In this document: positions 10,551 through 20,617 of the stretch, in pieces
How the letters are laid out: each line of letters opens with the position of its first letter
Position numbering within the stretch: the first letter of the stretch is position 1
IMG/VR virus record: IMGVR_UViG_3300042520_000860
Coordinates: 14,299-78,298 of that record
DNA from: a virus
Length of the DNA stretch: 64,000 nt
Direction: 5' to 3' (one strand)
The notes under the pieces: model-generated
What the model was told of the DNA's origin: nothing
Databases searched by the model: none
What the model saw: the letters and a program-made list of their open reading frames with translations, nothing else
Translations under genes and position numbers: made by a program

Positions 10551-11782
10551 GTCGTCCAGAAAATTCCTTTTTGACGCTTGGATCGCAACGCCGCCATGTA
10601 TCGTGAGACCATGTCATTTATCGGCGCTAGTAGTGCGTTAAAGAATCCGCCTAGAATTGCGAATCCGGGGCTGGGGGGCAAGAAAATCCTAAGAGGGTCG
10701 GGGTTCATAATTGGCGGAATCTCGGCGGGCATGTAGCATAGGTTCCAAAAAACCTCATTCTTGACTTCTACCTGCCAATGCTTCCCTATTGGGTCTTTTG
10801 GATCGGTACCAAACGGTGAAATGAAGTACACCGTCGCCAGTTTTAAGTAGTCAAACTCTTGGTCTCCGGCACTGTCGCTAAGCCCTGCTAGCGTTAGCGC
10901 CTCATAGTCCAGTTCGATGGGTGGCTTAAAAGGGCCAGAATCAACAAAAACCATTGCGTATCTTCGCGTTTTTGAAAGCCGCGCATATCGCGGGGTGACC
11001 AGCTCGTTGTAGCCATCCAAGAATGGGTTTCCTTTTGTGACGTCATACTTTAGCGAGGCCCGTTCAACTCTCAAAACAACGTCCACCGCTTTTAAGATTC
11101 TGATTTGTTTTAGGTCTGGATCTTTTATCTCTTCCGTAAACTTTATGCCAGCCCCAGTGATCTTACGCTTTTCATTTGACTCTTCCACGCCCATCATTTT
11201 GAACGCTTCGGGTACTGGTTCATAAGCAAAGTCTATCTGCCCTTGTTTTAATGTAAGTTGCGACTGTGATCCAAACCCTATGGTTCTTGCGCCTAAAGGA
11301 GAGATTTCGTAAAAAGGGAACTCGCTAAGAGGAACGTCAATTATCTCTTTATCTTCGGGAGCTTTCGCTTCCTCGCCTGTTTCCTCCGAGGCTTTTTCCC
11401 TTTCCTTTTTTACTCTGTCTCGGCTAACCTGCGAGGCATTTTTCGCCTTAACCATAACTCTAGGCGGAGTACCGTTTACAAAACCGGGCGTGATTTGAAG
11501 ATGCCATGCGTAGTTTTTTTCGTCATCGTCCTTGTTACTTGATCCAACATAGGAATCCAGTTCGAGTTTATTGTTTACCTCTGTATCATTACGCATCCAT
11601 GCGGCGGTGACGCTAAAAGGATGAAGAAACACAGGGGGCTTTTCGTTAATCGTGAGCCTTGACTCTTCGATCTTACCTTGTAGCACGTCAAGCGCCTTAC
11701 GGCTGACAGCAGGAAGCTTTACAATACGTGGCCTTGTAACAACAGTAGACGCGCTGACTGCGTGTGGTTGGGCTTTTTTCAT
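10547..11782 (-). CDS. hypothetical minor tail protein
   Basis: 411 aa; shares HPFxV..xxGxVNG motif with 11782-12498. Confidence 0.6.
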   Translation of the reverse strand: MKKAQPHAVSASTVVTRPRIVKLPAVSRKALDVLQGKIEESRLTINEKPPVFLHPFSVTAAWMRNDTEVNNKLELDSYVGSSNKDDDEKNYAWHLQITPGFVNGTPPRVMVKAKNASQVSRDRVKKEREKASEETGEEAKAPEDKEIIDVPLSEFPFYEISPLGARTIGFGSQSQLTLKQGQIDFAYEPVPEAFKMMGVEESNEKRKITGAGIKFTEEIKDPDLKQIRILKAVDVVLRVERASLKYDVTKGNPFLDGYNELVTPRYARLSKTRRYAMVFVDSGPFKPPIELDYEALTLAGLSDSAGDQEFDYLKLATVYFISPFGTDPKDPIGKHWQVEVKNEVFWNLCYMPAEIPPIMNPDPLRIFLPPSPGFAILGGFFNALLAPINDMVSRYMAALRSKRQKGIFWTT

Positions 11783-12498
11783 TAGATTTGATAAAATACG
11801 TGCCTTCCGATTGTCAGCCGTTTTGGGTTATCAATAATCTCCGCTAAAGTTGCGCGACGATCTTGAAAAGAATAGCGAAGGTTAAAGTGAGTGACTTGCA
11901 AGACGGTTAAAACCGACAGTTTATCATCGCTAAACTGGACAAACCCAAGGGGGTGGTATCCAAATTCATCGTTCTCGCCCGCAACAGGCCCCTCAAACTC
12001 TTTTTCAAGAACAATTTGTAAGTCCTCTGGGTTTGTGGTGGTGCCTTTTTCTTCGTCTATTTTGGTTCCGAAGTCGCCCGTCGTTTTATTTCTTTTGACC
12101 CTTACCAGAATGTAGAGGCCCCCGTCGTCATTGATTTTGCTCATGTCCATTGTACCAACGGGCAGGCTTGTCGTCTCGTAGTCAAACTCTCCCTTCTGAT
12201 TGTAGCCATTCAACCTCAGGAACTCTCCCCCAGTCGCTGACTTGATGTAGGGTATGATACCGTTTACAGTCCCTGCGCTGACGCTAAAATAAGAATCGTT
12301 TGCGGCCACGCGAAATGGATGATCCCAAAAATCTTGCTTGAATAACTTAACTAAAGTCCCTTGGGGCGTAATCGTTCGATTGATACTAGGGGCAGACACC
12401 AAGCGCGGCGGGTTAAGATCCATGCTGCGTTGGAGTCTCTTAAACGCAAGGCTAACAGGCTCGCCAAGCCTGCTTTTATTGAACATCGACGGTCTCAT
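11782..12498 (-). CDS. hypothetical minor tail protein
   Basis: 238 aa; HPFRV...AGTVNG. Confidence 0.6.
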   Translation of the reverse strand: MRPSMFNKSRLGEPVSLAFKRLQRSMDLNPPRLVSAPSINRTITPQGTLVKLFKQDFWDHPFRVAANDSYFSVSAGTVNGIIPYIKSATGGEFLRLNGYNQKGEFDYETTSLPVGTMDMSKINDDGGLYILVRVKRNKTTGDFGTKIDEEKGTTTNPEDLQIVLEKEFEGPVAGENDEFGYHPLGFVQFSDDKLSVLTVLQVTHFNLRYSFQDRRATLAEIIDNPKRLTIGRHVFYQI

Positions 12499-12528
12499 AT
12501 TTTTTATTTTCTATTAAGGTTTGACACC

Positions 12529-13320
12529 TCAGACGGCTTTCTCAAACACGTCTTCGGGCCACTTTTTACCGGGCGCAGATAGAAGCCACTCTACTTGGAC
12601 TCTAAAAAAAATACCGTTCTTTTCCAATTTTGGAGGAAGTTGAAGCCAGTTCCTACCCTTGAAATCGCCTTTATCTGATAACGTTGCGTCTGGTATTTTG
12701 TCCCGTATCTTACCAGCGTCTGACACGTATTTCATCCACCTGTCCTTTGTCCCGAAAACTTTCGAGAACCTAGCCTGTAATGCAGGATAGGTTTTCATTC
12801 CGTACAGCGGGTTGATGTCGCCGCCAGCCCCGCCAAACTCACTAAGTCCACTACCCTTTTCAGCGGCGGCTGGCCTAGTAGCGGGGAAGTCATATGTGCC
12901 ATCTGACCTTGGAACGCCACCGTACTTTTTAGCGAGTGCTTTAATGTTTGGATGCGCTTCAAGCGGCTCTTCGCTGTAGTTGTAGTCCATGGTTTCAACA
13001 ACGCCAAACTCACCCTCGTAGTCGCCCTCTCCTTTAACTTGGTAGAGCGTCTTGTAAACAGCCGTGACAATGAAGTGGCCGCCAGAATCGTTCAGTGCCT
13101 CGGCGGACAGTGAATCAAGAACAAACTCAGTGTACCCCCCAAACTCAGGAACTTTTTTAGGGGTACCAGCTATCTCAGCCTCTTTCCTTAAAAAGCGAAG
13201 TGTTAGCGTTACGATGTTGTTTTCGTCACAACTTACAGTTTCACCATCTAGGATCTGATTTGGAGGTACAGCCCCTAGGAGGTTAGTTTTAGTGCATGTT
13301 TCTATTGTTGCGTTTGACAT
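12529..13320 (-). CDS. putative tail-tip/distal tail protein
   Basis: Directly after tape measure (TAATG overlap). Confidence 0.55.
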   Translation of the reverse strand: MSNATIETCTKTNLLGAVPPNQILDGETVSCDENNIVTLTLRFLRKEAEIAGTPKKVPEFGGYTEFVLDSLSAEALNDSGGHFIVTAVYKTLYQVKGEGDYEGEFGVVETMDYNYSEEPLEAHPNIKALAKKYGGVPRSDGTYDFPATRPAAAEKGSGLSEFGGAGGDINPLYGMKTYPALQARFSKVFGTKDRWMKYVSDAGKIRDKIPDATLSDKGDFKGRNWLQLPPKLEKNGIFFRVQVEWLLSAPGKKWPEDVFEKAV

Positions 13321-16300
13321 TATGCTACTGTTGCTACGTATTTAATACTTTCTTTGATTTTTGCAAGTTCGACAAGTGTCTTCAGGTAACCGTTCTGCTC
13401 CTTAGCCGCTTCAAGCAAGCCACTATTGGATGATCTGCCGAAAAGCTGGTTCATAGCGGTTGCGCCGCTGCCTAGTTGACGAGGCTTACCAGCGAGCGGG
13501 TTCATCTCTTCGTTCTTCTCGTTTAGGGAAATCCCTAGATTTGCTGATACTTTTCTTTTAGCAAGCTCACGTGCCTGCGCTTGTCCTTCTTTGCCTGTTA
13601 GCTTCATTGCCGCCGCAATGGCCGCTTGCTCTTTGGCTATCTCATTCTGTATCCCTTTTCCGTCACCTTCGGTAAACGCCAACGAAGGGTTGGCGTTAAG
13701 CCTACTAGCTACTGAAGCCACGTCATTCTGGCCATTAAGGCTAGGCGCAGCGTCGAGCCCTGCCGCTGCTTGGAGCCCTGCCGCGCTTTGTAAACTACCG
13801 CCAGCTTTATTGAGGTTTTGAGCGGCGCGGGTAAGCGCATCCTCCCATGGGAATTTACCGCTTTTCTCCTTTGCTTCAAGAATTTCAATTTCTCGCATTT
13901 GCGAGTCTTTAGACTCTTTTTCTTTTAGCGCGTCGTCATACTTTTTATTTGCGGCACCGACTTTATCCAGCAAAGAGATAAGATCATTGAATGGCTTTTG
14001 AGTGAGTATGTCACTGAGGCCTCGTTTTTTTAGCTCCTCTGCAACTTTTGCGTAATACGCCGCAATGTCTTCAGCATTTTTAAGCTCAACGCTTGGATCA
14101 ATAAGCGGCTTTATGCCGTTTTGGGATAGGATTTCGTCAATCTTTTTACGCGTTTCATTGGCATCCTTAATAGCCGAGTCATCATCTGCGGAGGCTATGC
14201 TCATACGCTGACCCTCTGGTAGAAGGATGTTTACGCGAATGTCTCGTTGCTCAAGTGCTTGACGAATTTTATTTCCAGCCTCTATGCTTGCTTTAACTGC
14301 TTCATCAAGTTGCTTCAAAAAAGGCTCTACCGTGGCCTGAAGTTTTACATTTCCAGATTTTTTAGCCTCTTCAAGCACCTTGTGATAGTACTTTGCAACA
14401 GACTCTACGTCGGTTAATGCCTCATCCTTATCAAAAGTTAATTGTAGCTTAGAAGGTGTTAGACGGTCAACTGCGCTTTTTGCCTCTGCTAACTTAGGAT
14501 CAGAGTTGACGACATCCATGAAGGATTTTCCGTCGGTAGAAGGGGAGTTTGGCTTTACGCGTTTGTCCTTAGCCAAATCTTTGGTTAAATCGGAGCCTAA
14601 CTCCGACTGAGGGGACACCGCAAACTTTGCAGCCGCATCAAGTTCTTTTCTTATTCCAGCTACTTTATCACGAGCCTCGGAAAACTTTTTGCCCTGTGCG
14701 TCTAATGCGTCAGCGTCACTTAACCCACCTATCGCAACGTCGAGCCTTTGGCCATAAGCTGCGTTAAACTCTTTGGCAGCCTCTGCCTGTAGTTTAAGGT
14801 TTTGTGCAATCTGGGCTGACATCTTGACGCGCATCTCCTCTATCGCCAGTGCGTTTGCATTATGGTCTTTAATCTCTTGCTCGGTTCTTAGCTGAGCCTG
14901 CCTTTTGGCATTTAGCTCGACTGACTTATCAAGCAGTCTATTTAAGTAAGCCTCCGTAGCTTTCAGGTTTTCTAACTGGGCTTCATTCGGCTTCTGCTTA
15001 CCAATGAGGGCTAGCTTTTCAAATAAAGTGCTTCCTGCATTTACGTCTTTTTGGGCTTGATACCTTAATTTTTCAATAGCGAGAATGTCTGCTTGCAGTT
15101 GTTTCTGTGCTTTTGCCAAAGCCACGCCGTCTTTTGCCTCGGCGATGTTCCTTGTCGCGTTTGAGGTCATCTGGTTGCCAGTCTCATTTACAGTGTCGGC
15201 CCCTTCAAATTTTTCAGAGGCTAACTTATCAAACTGCGTAATCGCATAAGCCGCTGCGGCAGCTATCGGGGTACGTGTTGCTAATCTAATCTGTACAGGG
15301 ACGCTGGCTAACTCTTTTGCCATGACTATCCTCGCACCACTTGCCCAGTAGCCAGCATTCTTTAACAAAGCTGGCCCGCCAAACGAGGTAAACGCTTTTC
15401 CGAGTCCAGCTGCAATTCCTTTGCCTATGGCATTCGCTACCACCATGGCTCCAATAACATACGCAGTGGTTTCTAATCCACTAGCATCCTCAGGGGCTAT
15501 CTCCATCCCTATCGCTGCGCCAGCTACTGTTCCAACGTTACCCCCTATTGCTTTTAGTCTAGCGGAGGCATTGGTGGTTAGCGCAGTAGTGTTTGCTTGA
15601 ACCATTTTTGTCTCAAATGCCCATCTTGCTGCGCTTGCGACAAGATGCCCAATAAGTGATGCAGCCTGAACTGCTTTGTAGGCAATGACTACTTGCGCAA
15701 GCACAAGAGCGATATTCCCTACCTCTCGTATGTTCTCAACAATAGCGTCGCGATTGTCATTTAGGTATTTAGTGAAGTCTTCAATGTCTCCCCTAAACTT
15801 TTCATAGAAGTCTGAGGCAAGTGCAATGCGCAACGCATCGAAAGCCGCACCAAGCTCATCCAAGTCGCCAGTAAGGTTATCCATTCGCGTTTCGGCCATC
15901 TTCTTTGCAGCGATGTTAGCGTCATTCATGGCCTGCTTCATACCATCAAACGAAGCAGCGTTTCGACCTAGTATGCTTGAAATGTCGATGTTCTCGACGC
16001 CAAATAATTTTGAAAGGGTAGGGATGTCTAGGGTAGCCAACTTATTCAGTGAGTTTTCAACTCCTACAATCTGTGGGTTGATCTCTGATGCAGATACTCC
16101 AACGGCACGCAATGCTTCCACAGCGTCTTTTGTTGGACCTGCTAGCTTGACCATCACGGAAGTTAGGCCGCGTCCAGCCATGCCGCCACGAATGCCATTA
16201 TTTGCAAGGATTGCAAGTAGTGCGCTAGTCTCATCCAAGGGAATGTTCATGGCTTTGGCAACGGGGGCCACGTACTTGAGTGCCTCACCCATATCATCAA

Positions 16301-17105
16301 TGCTGGCAGTGGAGGCATTTGCAGCACGCGCAAGCGTGTCAACAAAATTAGTGGACTCTGAGACGCTAAGTCCCATTGCTTGCATACCAGCCACAACAAT
16401 CTCACTAGCACGAACCAGCGACATATTTTCAGTCGAGGCAAGATTTAGCGTATCGCCAAGAATCTTTGTAGCATCTGTGGTTTTGTAGCCAGCAGCCACA
16501 AGTTCTTTCAGGCCATCAGCCGCCTCAGCGGAAGTGTACCTAGTAGCGGCACCCATTTCAACCACGACACCCGTGAGACGTTGAAACTCAGCACTTGTTT
16601 TATCAAGGCCGCCGACTGAGGCAACCGCACTCATCGCATAGTCCAAATCAGCGACTGCCATTACGGCTTTTCGTATTTCATTGCCAAGTGCGGCCATGCC
16701 AACCGTGAGGCCGGTAAACGCAGCCGCTTGCGCGGCAAGCCCTGCAATCGAGCTACCAAGACTACTAACCTCGTTTTGTGCGACGCTAGTGTTAAGAGGA
16801 ATCTGGATTGGTGTGCGTGCTCTCTGCTGAAATCCAGCTAAGGCAGCCGAGAGTCTGTCAATGTCTTGAAGTCCGCCATTAGCACCACCGCCAGACCCCG
16901 TGGAAGACTGATTAGGGGTAGTGACACGCTGATTTCTAGTATCGAAGTTGCCTGCTGATACGCGAGACGAGCCGCCCTTGAACGTAGCCTGAACTGATTT
17001 GTACTGCGCCTCAACAGCTTTGAGCGACGCAATAAGTGCGTTATTCGCTTGGATTGACTTATCGACGTCGCTGCTAAAGTTGATGGATACGCTTTGATCT
17101 GCCAT
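13320..17105 (-). CDS. tail tape measure protein (TP901-like core)
   Basis: 1261 aa, Ala-rich helical; TRYTSAEAADG, LKYVAPVA, GIRGGMAG, RMDNLTGD motifs. Confidence 0.95.
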   Translation of the reverse strand: MADQSVSINFSSDVDKSIQANNALIASLKAVEAQYKSVQATFKGGSSRVSAGNFDTRNQRVTTPNQSSTGSGGGANGGLQDIDRLSAALAGFQQRARTPIQIPLNTSVAQNEVSSLGSSIAGLAAQAAAFTGLTVGMAALGNEIRKAVMAVADLDYAMSAVASVGGLDKTSAEFQRLTGVVVEMGAATRYTSAEAADGLKELVAAGYKTTDATKILGDTLNLASTENMSLVRASEIVVAGMQAMGLSVSESTNFVDTLARAANASTASIDDMGEALKYVAPVAKAMNIPLDETSALLAILANNGIRGGMAGRGLTSVMVKLAGPTKDAVEALRAVGVSASEINPQIVGVENSLNKLATLDIPTLSKLFGVENIDISSILGRNAASFDGMKQAMNDANIAAKKMAETRMDNLTGDLDELGAAFDALRIALASDFYEKFRGDIEDFTKYLNDNRDAIVENIREVGNIALVLAQVVIAYKAVQAASLIGHLVASAARWAFETKMVQANTTALTTNASARLKAIGGNVGTVAGAAIGMEIAPEDASGLETTAYVIGAMVVANAIGKGIAAGLGKAFTSFGGPALLKNAGYWASGARIVMAKELASVPVQIRLATRTPIAAAAAYAITQFDKLASEKFEGADTVNETGNQMTSNATRNIAEAKDGVALAKAQKQLQADILAIEKLRYQAQKDVNAGSTLFEKLALIGKQKPNEAQLENLKATEAYLNRLLDKSVELNAKRQAQLRTEQEIKDHNANALAIEEMRVKMSAQIAQNLKLQAEAAKEFNAAYGQRLDVAIGGLSDADALDAQGKKFSEARDKVAGIRKELDAAAKFAVSPQSELGSDLTKDLAKDKRVKPNSPSTDGKSFMDVVNSDPKLAEAKSAVDRLTPSKLQLTFDKDEALTDVESVAKYYHKVLEEAKKSGNVKLQATVEPFLKQLDEAVKASIEAGNKIRQALEQRDIRVNILLPEGQRMSIASADDDSAIKDANETRKKIDEILSQNGIKPLIDPSVELKNAEDIAAYYAKVAEELKKRGLSDILTQKPFNDLISLLDKVGAANKKYDDALKEKESKDSQMREIEILEAKEKSGKFPWEDALTRAAQNLNKAGGSLQSAAGLQAAAGLDAAPSLNGQNDVASVASRLNANPSLAFTEGDGKGIQNEIAKEQAAIAAAMKLTGKEGQAQARELAKRKVSANLGISLNEKNEEMNPLAGKPRQLGSGATAMNQLFGRSSNSGLLEAAKEQNGYLKTLVELAKIKESIKYVATVA

Positions 17106-17131
17106 GGCTAAGTAAGGTCAGGCCAACGCTA

Positions 17132-17332
17132 TCAGTCATTGAGCAAATCCTCAAGCGTTTTGTCCATGTCGCCCAAGGTGCAAACCATGCCCTGCTTGGC
17201 CAGCGTCATGTGCTCGCATGAGAATAGAATCTTTAGCGAGAGAGTCCTGAACGCATCCATAGCGTTTACGTTCAGTATCTCTGTCGCCGCCGCCAGTAGC
17301 CTAATCGGCCAAGGCGGCGCTATTCGTTTCCC
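17132..17332 (-). CDS. gpGT-type -1 frameshift extension of tail assembly chaperone
   Basis: In-frame slippery G GGA AAC (17326-17332); -1 frame open 66 codons to TGA at 17132. Confidence 0.75.
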   Translation of the reverse strand, partial: GKRIAPPWPIRLLAAATEILNVNAMDAFRTLSLKILFSCEHMTLAKQGMVCTLGDMDKTLEDLLND

Positions 17333-17871
17333 ATGTCATCGTCTTTCACGCCGTTTTTTAGGCTTGCGGGAAGCTCGGCATTGACTCGCGTGGAAGTAGC
17401 ATCATTGATGTAGGCGATAACGTCAAGAATCAGGGAATCGCTAGGTTTAATGAATGCGCAGAATGTGATGACGCTTTTCTTGAACTCATCACGGCGATTG
17501 AAAACCAAGTCGGTCATTTCATCGAGGGATGCTTCGGCGTTGCACGCGAAGAGGAACTCGCCAGCGGCGAGCAGTGGGTTGGTCATTTCGCCGACTCGTT
17601 TACCCAGCATGATCTCGTTGCCGACTTCATGCAGGAGCATCACCATGGCGAGCGATAGTGGTCGAAGCTCAACGCCGCAAACTACAGGGCCTTTGCCCAT
17701 CAGTTCGCGAGTAATTGAGTGGTCGAGTTTTGTTTGATCATCGAAGGAACTCTCTCCATCAGCGAGGAACTTATCCAAAAAGTCATCGGACGGGTCATTC
17801 TTAGGAGGCGAGGTACGCGGGCTCTTTGCTGGGCGGCCAACGGCAATGTCATCTGGTGTATTTTTTTTCAT
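17320..17871 (-). CDS. tail assembly chaperone (gpG-like)
   Basis: Before tape measure; ends ...MGNE over the slippery site. Confidence 0.75.
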   Translation of the reverse strand: MKKNTPDDIAVGRPAKSPRTSPPKNDPSDDFLDKFLADGESSFDDQTKLDHSITRELMGKGPVVCGVELRPLSLAMVMLLHEVGNEIMLGKRVGEMTNPLLAAGEFLFACNAEASLDEMTDLVFNRRDEFKKSVITFCAFIKPSDSLILDVIAYINDATSTRVNAELPASLKNGVKDDDMGNE

Positions 17872-17892
17872 AATTCTGGTGGTTGGAGGTTA

Positions 17893-18312
17893 TTAGTCGG
17901 GTTTCAATCCCTTTGCAATCAACTTATGGTACTTTTCACTATTCTTTTTTATCAGGAATGTCATACCATTTTTTAGCTTAAATCTAACCGTAGGCTCAAT
18001 GCGGTCAATTAGTCCTTGCATCTCTATGTAGTTGCGAACCGCCACATAAGCGTAGCCAAACGGGTGGTCAGGGTTATCTATGAACCATTTCTCAGGGTCT
18101 TTGAGTGCCTTTGATATGCGAGAGAACTCTGATGGAGCAACAACACCCTCCGGGTTCATTCCCCATACCACACGCTCAGTCCCGTTGATTTCTGAGTAGC
18201 TACACGGTTCAGAAAAGTCCGTAAACTTAACGCCTAGCGCAACTAAAGCGGCGGCAAAAGGGGTGTCTGCGACTAGTGTTATCTTGGTTCCTTTTTGTAG
18301 TCCTTCACTCAT
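17893..18312 (-). CDS. hypothetical protein
   Basis: Start taken at MSEGLQK, just after the (ACAACCAG)4 leader. Confidence 0.6.
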   Translation of the reverse strand: MSEGLQKGTKITLVADTPFAAALVALGVKFTDFSEPCSYSEINGTERVVWGMNPEGVVAPSEFSRISKALKDPEKWFIDNPDHPFGYAYVAVRNYIEMQGLIDRIEPTVRFKLKNGMTFLIKKNSEKYHKLIAKGLKPD

Positions 18313-18344
18313 CTGGTTGTCTGGTTGTCTGGTTGTCTGGTTGT
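18313..18344. repeat. tandem repeat (CTGGTTGT)x4
   Basis: Read directly; abuts a start codon. Confidence 0.95.
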
Positions 18345-18451
18345 CTAGGTAAATAAGCAGCTTCGCCGCCGCAAAAACTGCCCCCCAGACTAAGGCATGA
18401 TGAATCACAGCGACGAAGCAAAATAAATAGTCTGGGTAAGCAGGAAAACTA

Positions 18452-18874
18452 TTAGGAGTCGTTCCCCGCATAGGCAACCGCTTTGACGGTCGTTTTAGTA
18501 GCCTCAGTGTTTGACTGTTCAGTAGTCACTTCTTCAAGGTAAACGGTAGTAATGCCCTCAATGAAATCATTTGCGGCTTCAGTAAAACTAGACCCAATCC
18601 CGAACGGAACAATAGTTGCACCGCCTCCAATGCTTTCTGCAGCCTTCGGAAGGCCGAAGTGAGTGTATTCGATGTCGAGAGCCCTCTTAGAAAACACGAC
18701 AGCTTTTACGGTTCCACAAGATCCACGAATTTCTTGTTTGTCCGCTTTTGCAGTTAATTTTACGTTTTGGATGTAGCTTCCAAACTGGGCTTCAGGGGCG
18801 GTCTCTTCTTGAATACCGAACTTGACTCCCGACGCTGGTTCCTCAAAGATGGTTGCAATTGATGTACAGGCCAT
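18452..18874 (-). CDS. putative tail tube protein, paralog 2
   Basis: Similar to 18930-19322 (GSCGTV, EVTxExSN); position between tail terminator and chaperone. Confidence 0.65.
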   Translation of the reverse strand: MACTSIATIFEEPASGVKFGIQEETAPEAQFGSYIQNVKLTAKADKQEIRGSCGTVKAVVFSKRALDIEYTHFGLPKAAESIGGGATIVPFGIGSSFTEAANDFIEGITTVYLEEVTTEQSNTEATKTTVKAVAYAGNDS

Positions 18875-18880
18875 AATAGT

Positions 18881-18928
18881 GTTAGTTAAAAGGTTAGTTA
18901 AAAGGTTAGTTAAAAGGTTAGTTAAAAG
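18881..18928. repeat. tandem repeat (GTTAGTTAAAAG)x4
   Basis: Read directly; fills the gap between the tube paralogs. Confidence 0.95.
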
Positions 18929-18929
18929 G

Positions 18930-19322
18930 TTAAGTGAGGTCTTCGTAGCAAGTGAGCTTGAGCGTTGTCTTATTGAAGTCCTCGTTTGACTCTTCGTAGG
19001 TCACTTCATCAACAATCATACTTCCAATTTTAATGGGTTGTTGTGCTAAATCACTTGCGCTGAGTGAAATTTTCGTCCCTACCTTAGCAGTCGCTTTGCC
19101 ATTTCCGCTGATTTCAACTTCGCTATGACGATTGTAGTAGTGCATAGCGATTACGGTTCCGCAAGAACCGACAAGTTCTTTTTTGTCGATCTTGTTTGTC
19201 ACTTTTACATTCGTGACCATGATGTTGTTAACGGGTGTTTGAAGTGCGCTGCCGTAGCCAAATTGTATTTCGGTGTCAGCGGATGGTGGTTGAATTCTTG
19301 CGAGACTAGTACACGTGGACAT
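18930..19322 (-). CDS. putative tail tube protein, paralog 1
   Basis: 130 aa beta-rich; similar to neighbouring gene. Confidence 0.65.
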   Translation of the reverse strand: MSTCTSLARIQPPSADTEIQFGYGSALQTPVNNIMVTNVKVTNKIDKKELVGSCGTVIAMHYYNRHSEVEISGNGKATAKVGTKISLSASDLAQQPIKIGSMIVDEVTYEESNEDFNKTTLKLTCYEDLT

Positions 19323-19415
19323 AAATTTTGGTGGTTAGAGTTGCTTTACGGTTTTAAGACTACGACGAACTTTGAGTACTCGTCAAGTGTCGAATCGTTT
19401 AAGTAAAAAAACTTC

Positions 19416-19970
19416 TTACGCAAACGGACAGGCGCGTTGGCCACGGCGCTGAAGGTGCGTATCAATCCGAATGTCAATTACAGACGAAATCGTAAGCTCT
19501 TGGATCTCTATGTCCTTCATCGTCGCCTTGATCGGGCGTAGCAAGGTTCCGTCCAGCCGCGAGTCAACTCGCTCGTCCTCGGCGGTCTCAAGCGCGTCCA
19601 TAACCAGCGCAGACCATTCCATGTGGCCTTTGCGCTCTGTTGGTACATCGGGGTTTCGACGCAGGAACCCATGTTTGCTGTCGGTGCTCAGTTCGAGCTT
19701 CAGCTGGAACGAACTAACGAAGGGCGTATTGGCCTCCTTGTCGGCGGCGTTGTAGACGGGGAAGTTGCCGCCCGCGAAATAGTCCATGTCCTGCTCAATC
19801 GAATAAGGCTGAAGCAAGGGCAGTTTATCAGTTTGCAAGTTTTGCAAACCTCCCTCGCGGCTCCACTTCAAGCCTTGCAGCATCCCGCCAGTCTGGCAGT
19901 GAAATTCGATTCGCTTGAAGAGAGTCCAAACGGCGGCGGTAAACTGATAGCAGTCTGACAAGTTGCTCAT
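19416..19970 (-). CDS. putative tail terminator/completion protein
   Basis: Synteny only. Confidence 0.5.
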   Translation of the reverse strand: MSNLSDCYQFTAAVWTLFKRIEFHCQTGGMLQGLKWSREGGLQNLQTDKLPLLQPYSIEQDMDYFAGGNFPVYNAADKEANTPFVSSFQLKLELSTDSKHGFLRRNPDVPTERKGHMEWSALVMDALETAEDERVDSRLDGTLLRPIKATMKDIEIQELTISSVIDIRIDTHLQRRGQRACPFA

Positions 19971-20023
19971 GACGACGCACTCTGCAACAAATCATCGCGC
20001 ATTGCAAGCCTACGGAAGAGCTT

Positions 20024-20602
20024 TCACAAAGCACCACGAAGGGTTTTCACAAGATGCTGAACCATAAGCATCCTGCACGTAGTGTTAGCAAATGACCGCG
20101 CATTCTTGACGATGTTCATGGCGCGGATGCCGCGAACGCGTTTTGCGAAAACGAAGTCAACGCCTACCACAAATGGAAGTTTCTTTTTCTTGGTCTTTTT
20201 GCCAGCGGCTGCTGAGCCATAGTTTGACCATTGACTCTGCGCTGCCGCAGCCTTATTAGCTGAAATCACCCCACGCGGGCCAGCAAGGAAAGCGCGTTTC
20301 GTAAGCGGTACGAACAAACGCTTCGCTCGTTTCGGGCCGTGCGCCCTTGTCCCGTCTTCAAGGAATTTCATTACCTTGGAAGTATTAGTCAGAACGACAC
20401 CGTCGCCACCTGTCCTTTGTATGACCCATGACCTGCGGGTCTGGCCAGTCCAGCGTTTCGGCGTCTGACGAATCATTCTACCGCGAACGACCTCAGCGGC
20501 CTTTTGATGAACCGCCAAGCGATTGGGGGTAGACATCGCCGAGGTGACTTTTTTAATAAGATTAGTCGTCGGCTTGAAGTTGAATTTGATGTCGATGTTC
20601 AT
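20024..20602 (-). CDS. HK97 gp10-like tail completion protein
   Basis: Basic; TPKRWTGQTRRSW and FLEDGT motifs. Confidence 0.75.
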   Translation of the reverse strand: MNIDIKFNFKPTTNLIKKVTSAMSTPNRLAVHQKAAEVVRGRMIRQTPKRWTGQTRRSWVIQRTGGDGVVLTNTSKVMKFLEDGTRAHGPKRAKRLFVPLTKRAFLAGPRGVISANKAAAAQSQWSNYGSAAAGKKTKKKKLPFVVGVDFVFAKRVRGIRAMNIVKNARSFANTTCRMLMVQHLVKTLRGAL

Positions 20603-20617
20603 TGGCGCGGGATTCGG

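Noticed and set aside
18397-18419. Hammerhead-like core on + strand (ATGATGA...GACGAAGC)
   Set aside because: Differs from the invariant CUGANGA and GAAA, stem II is poor, and it is antisense to transcription.
18313-18928. Short tandem repeats as a CRISPR array
   Set aside because: Units of 8 and 12 bp are contiguous with no spacers.
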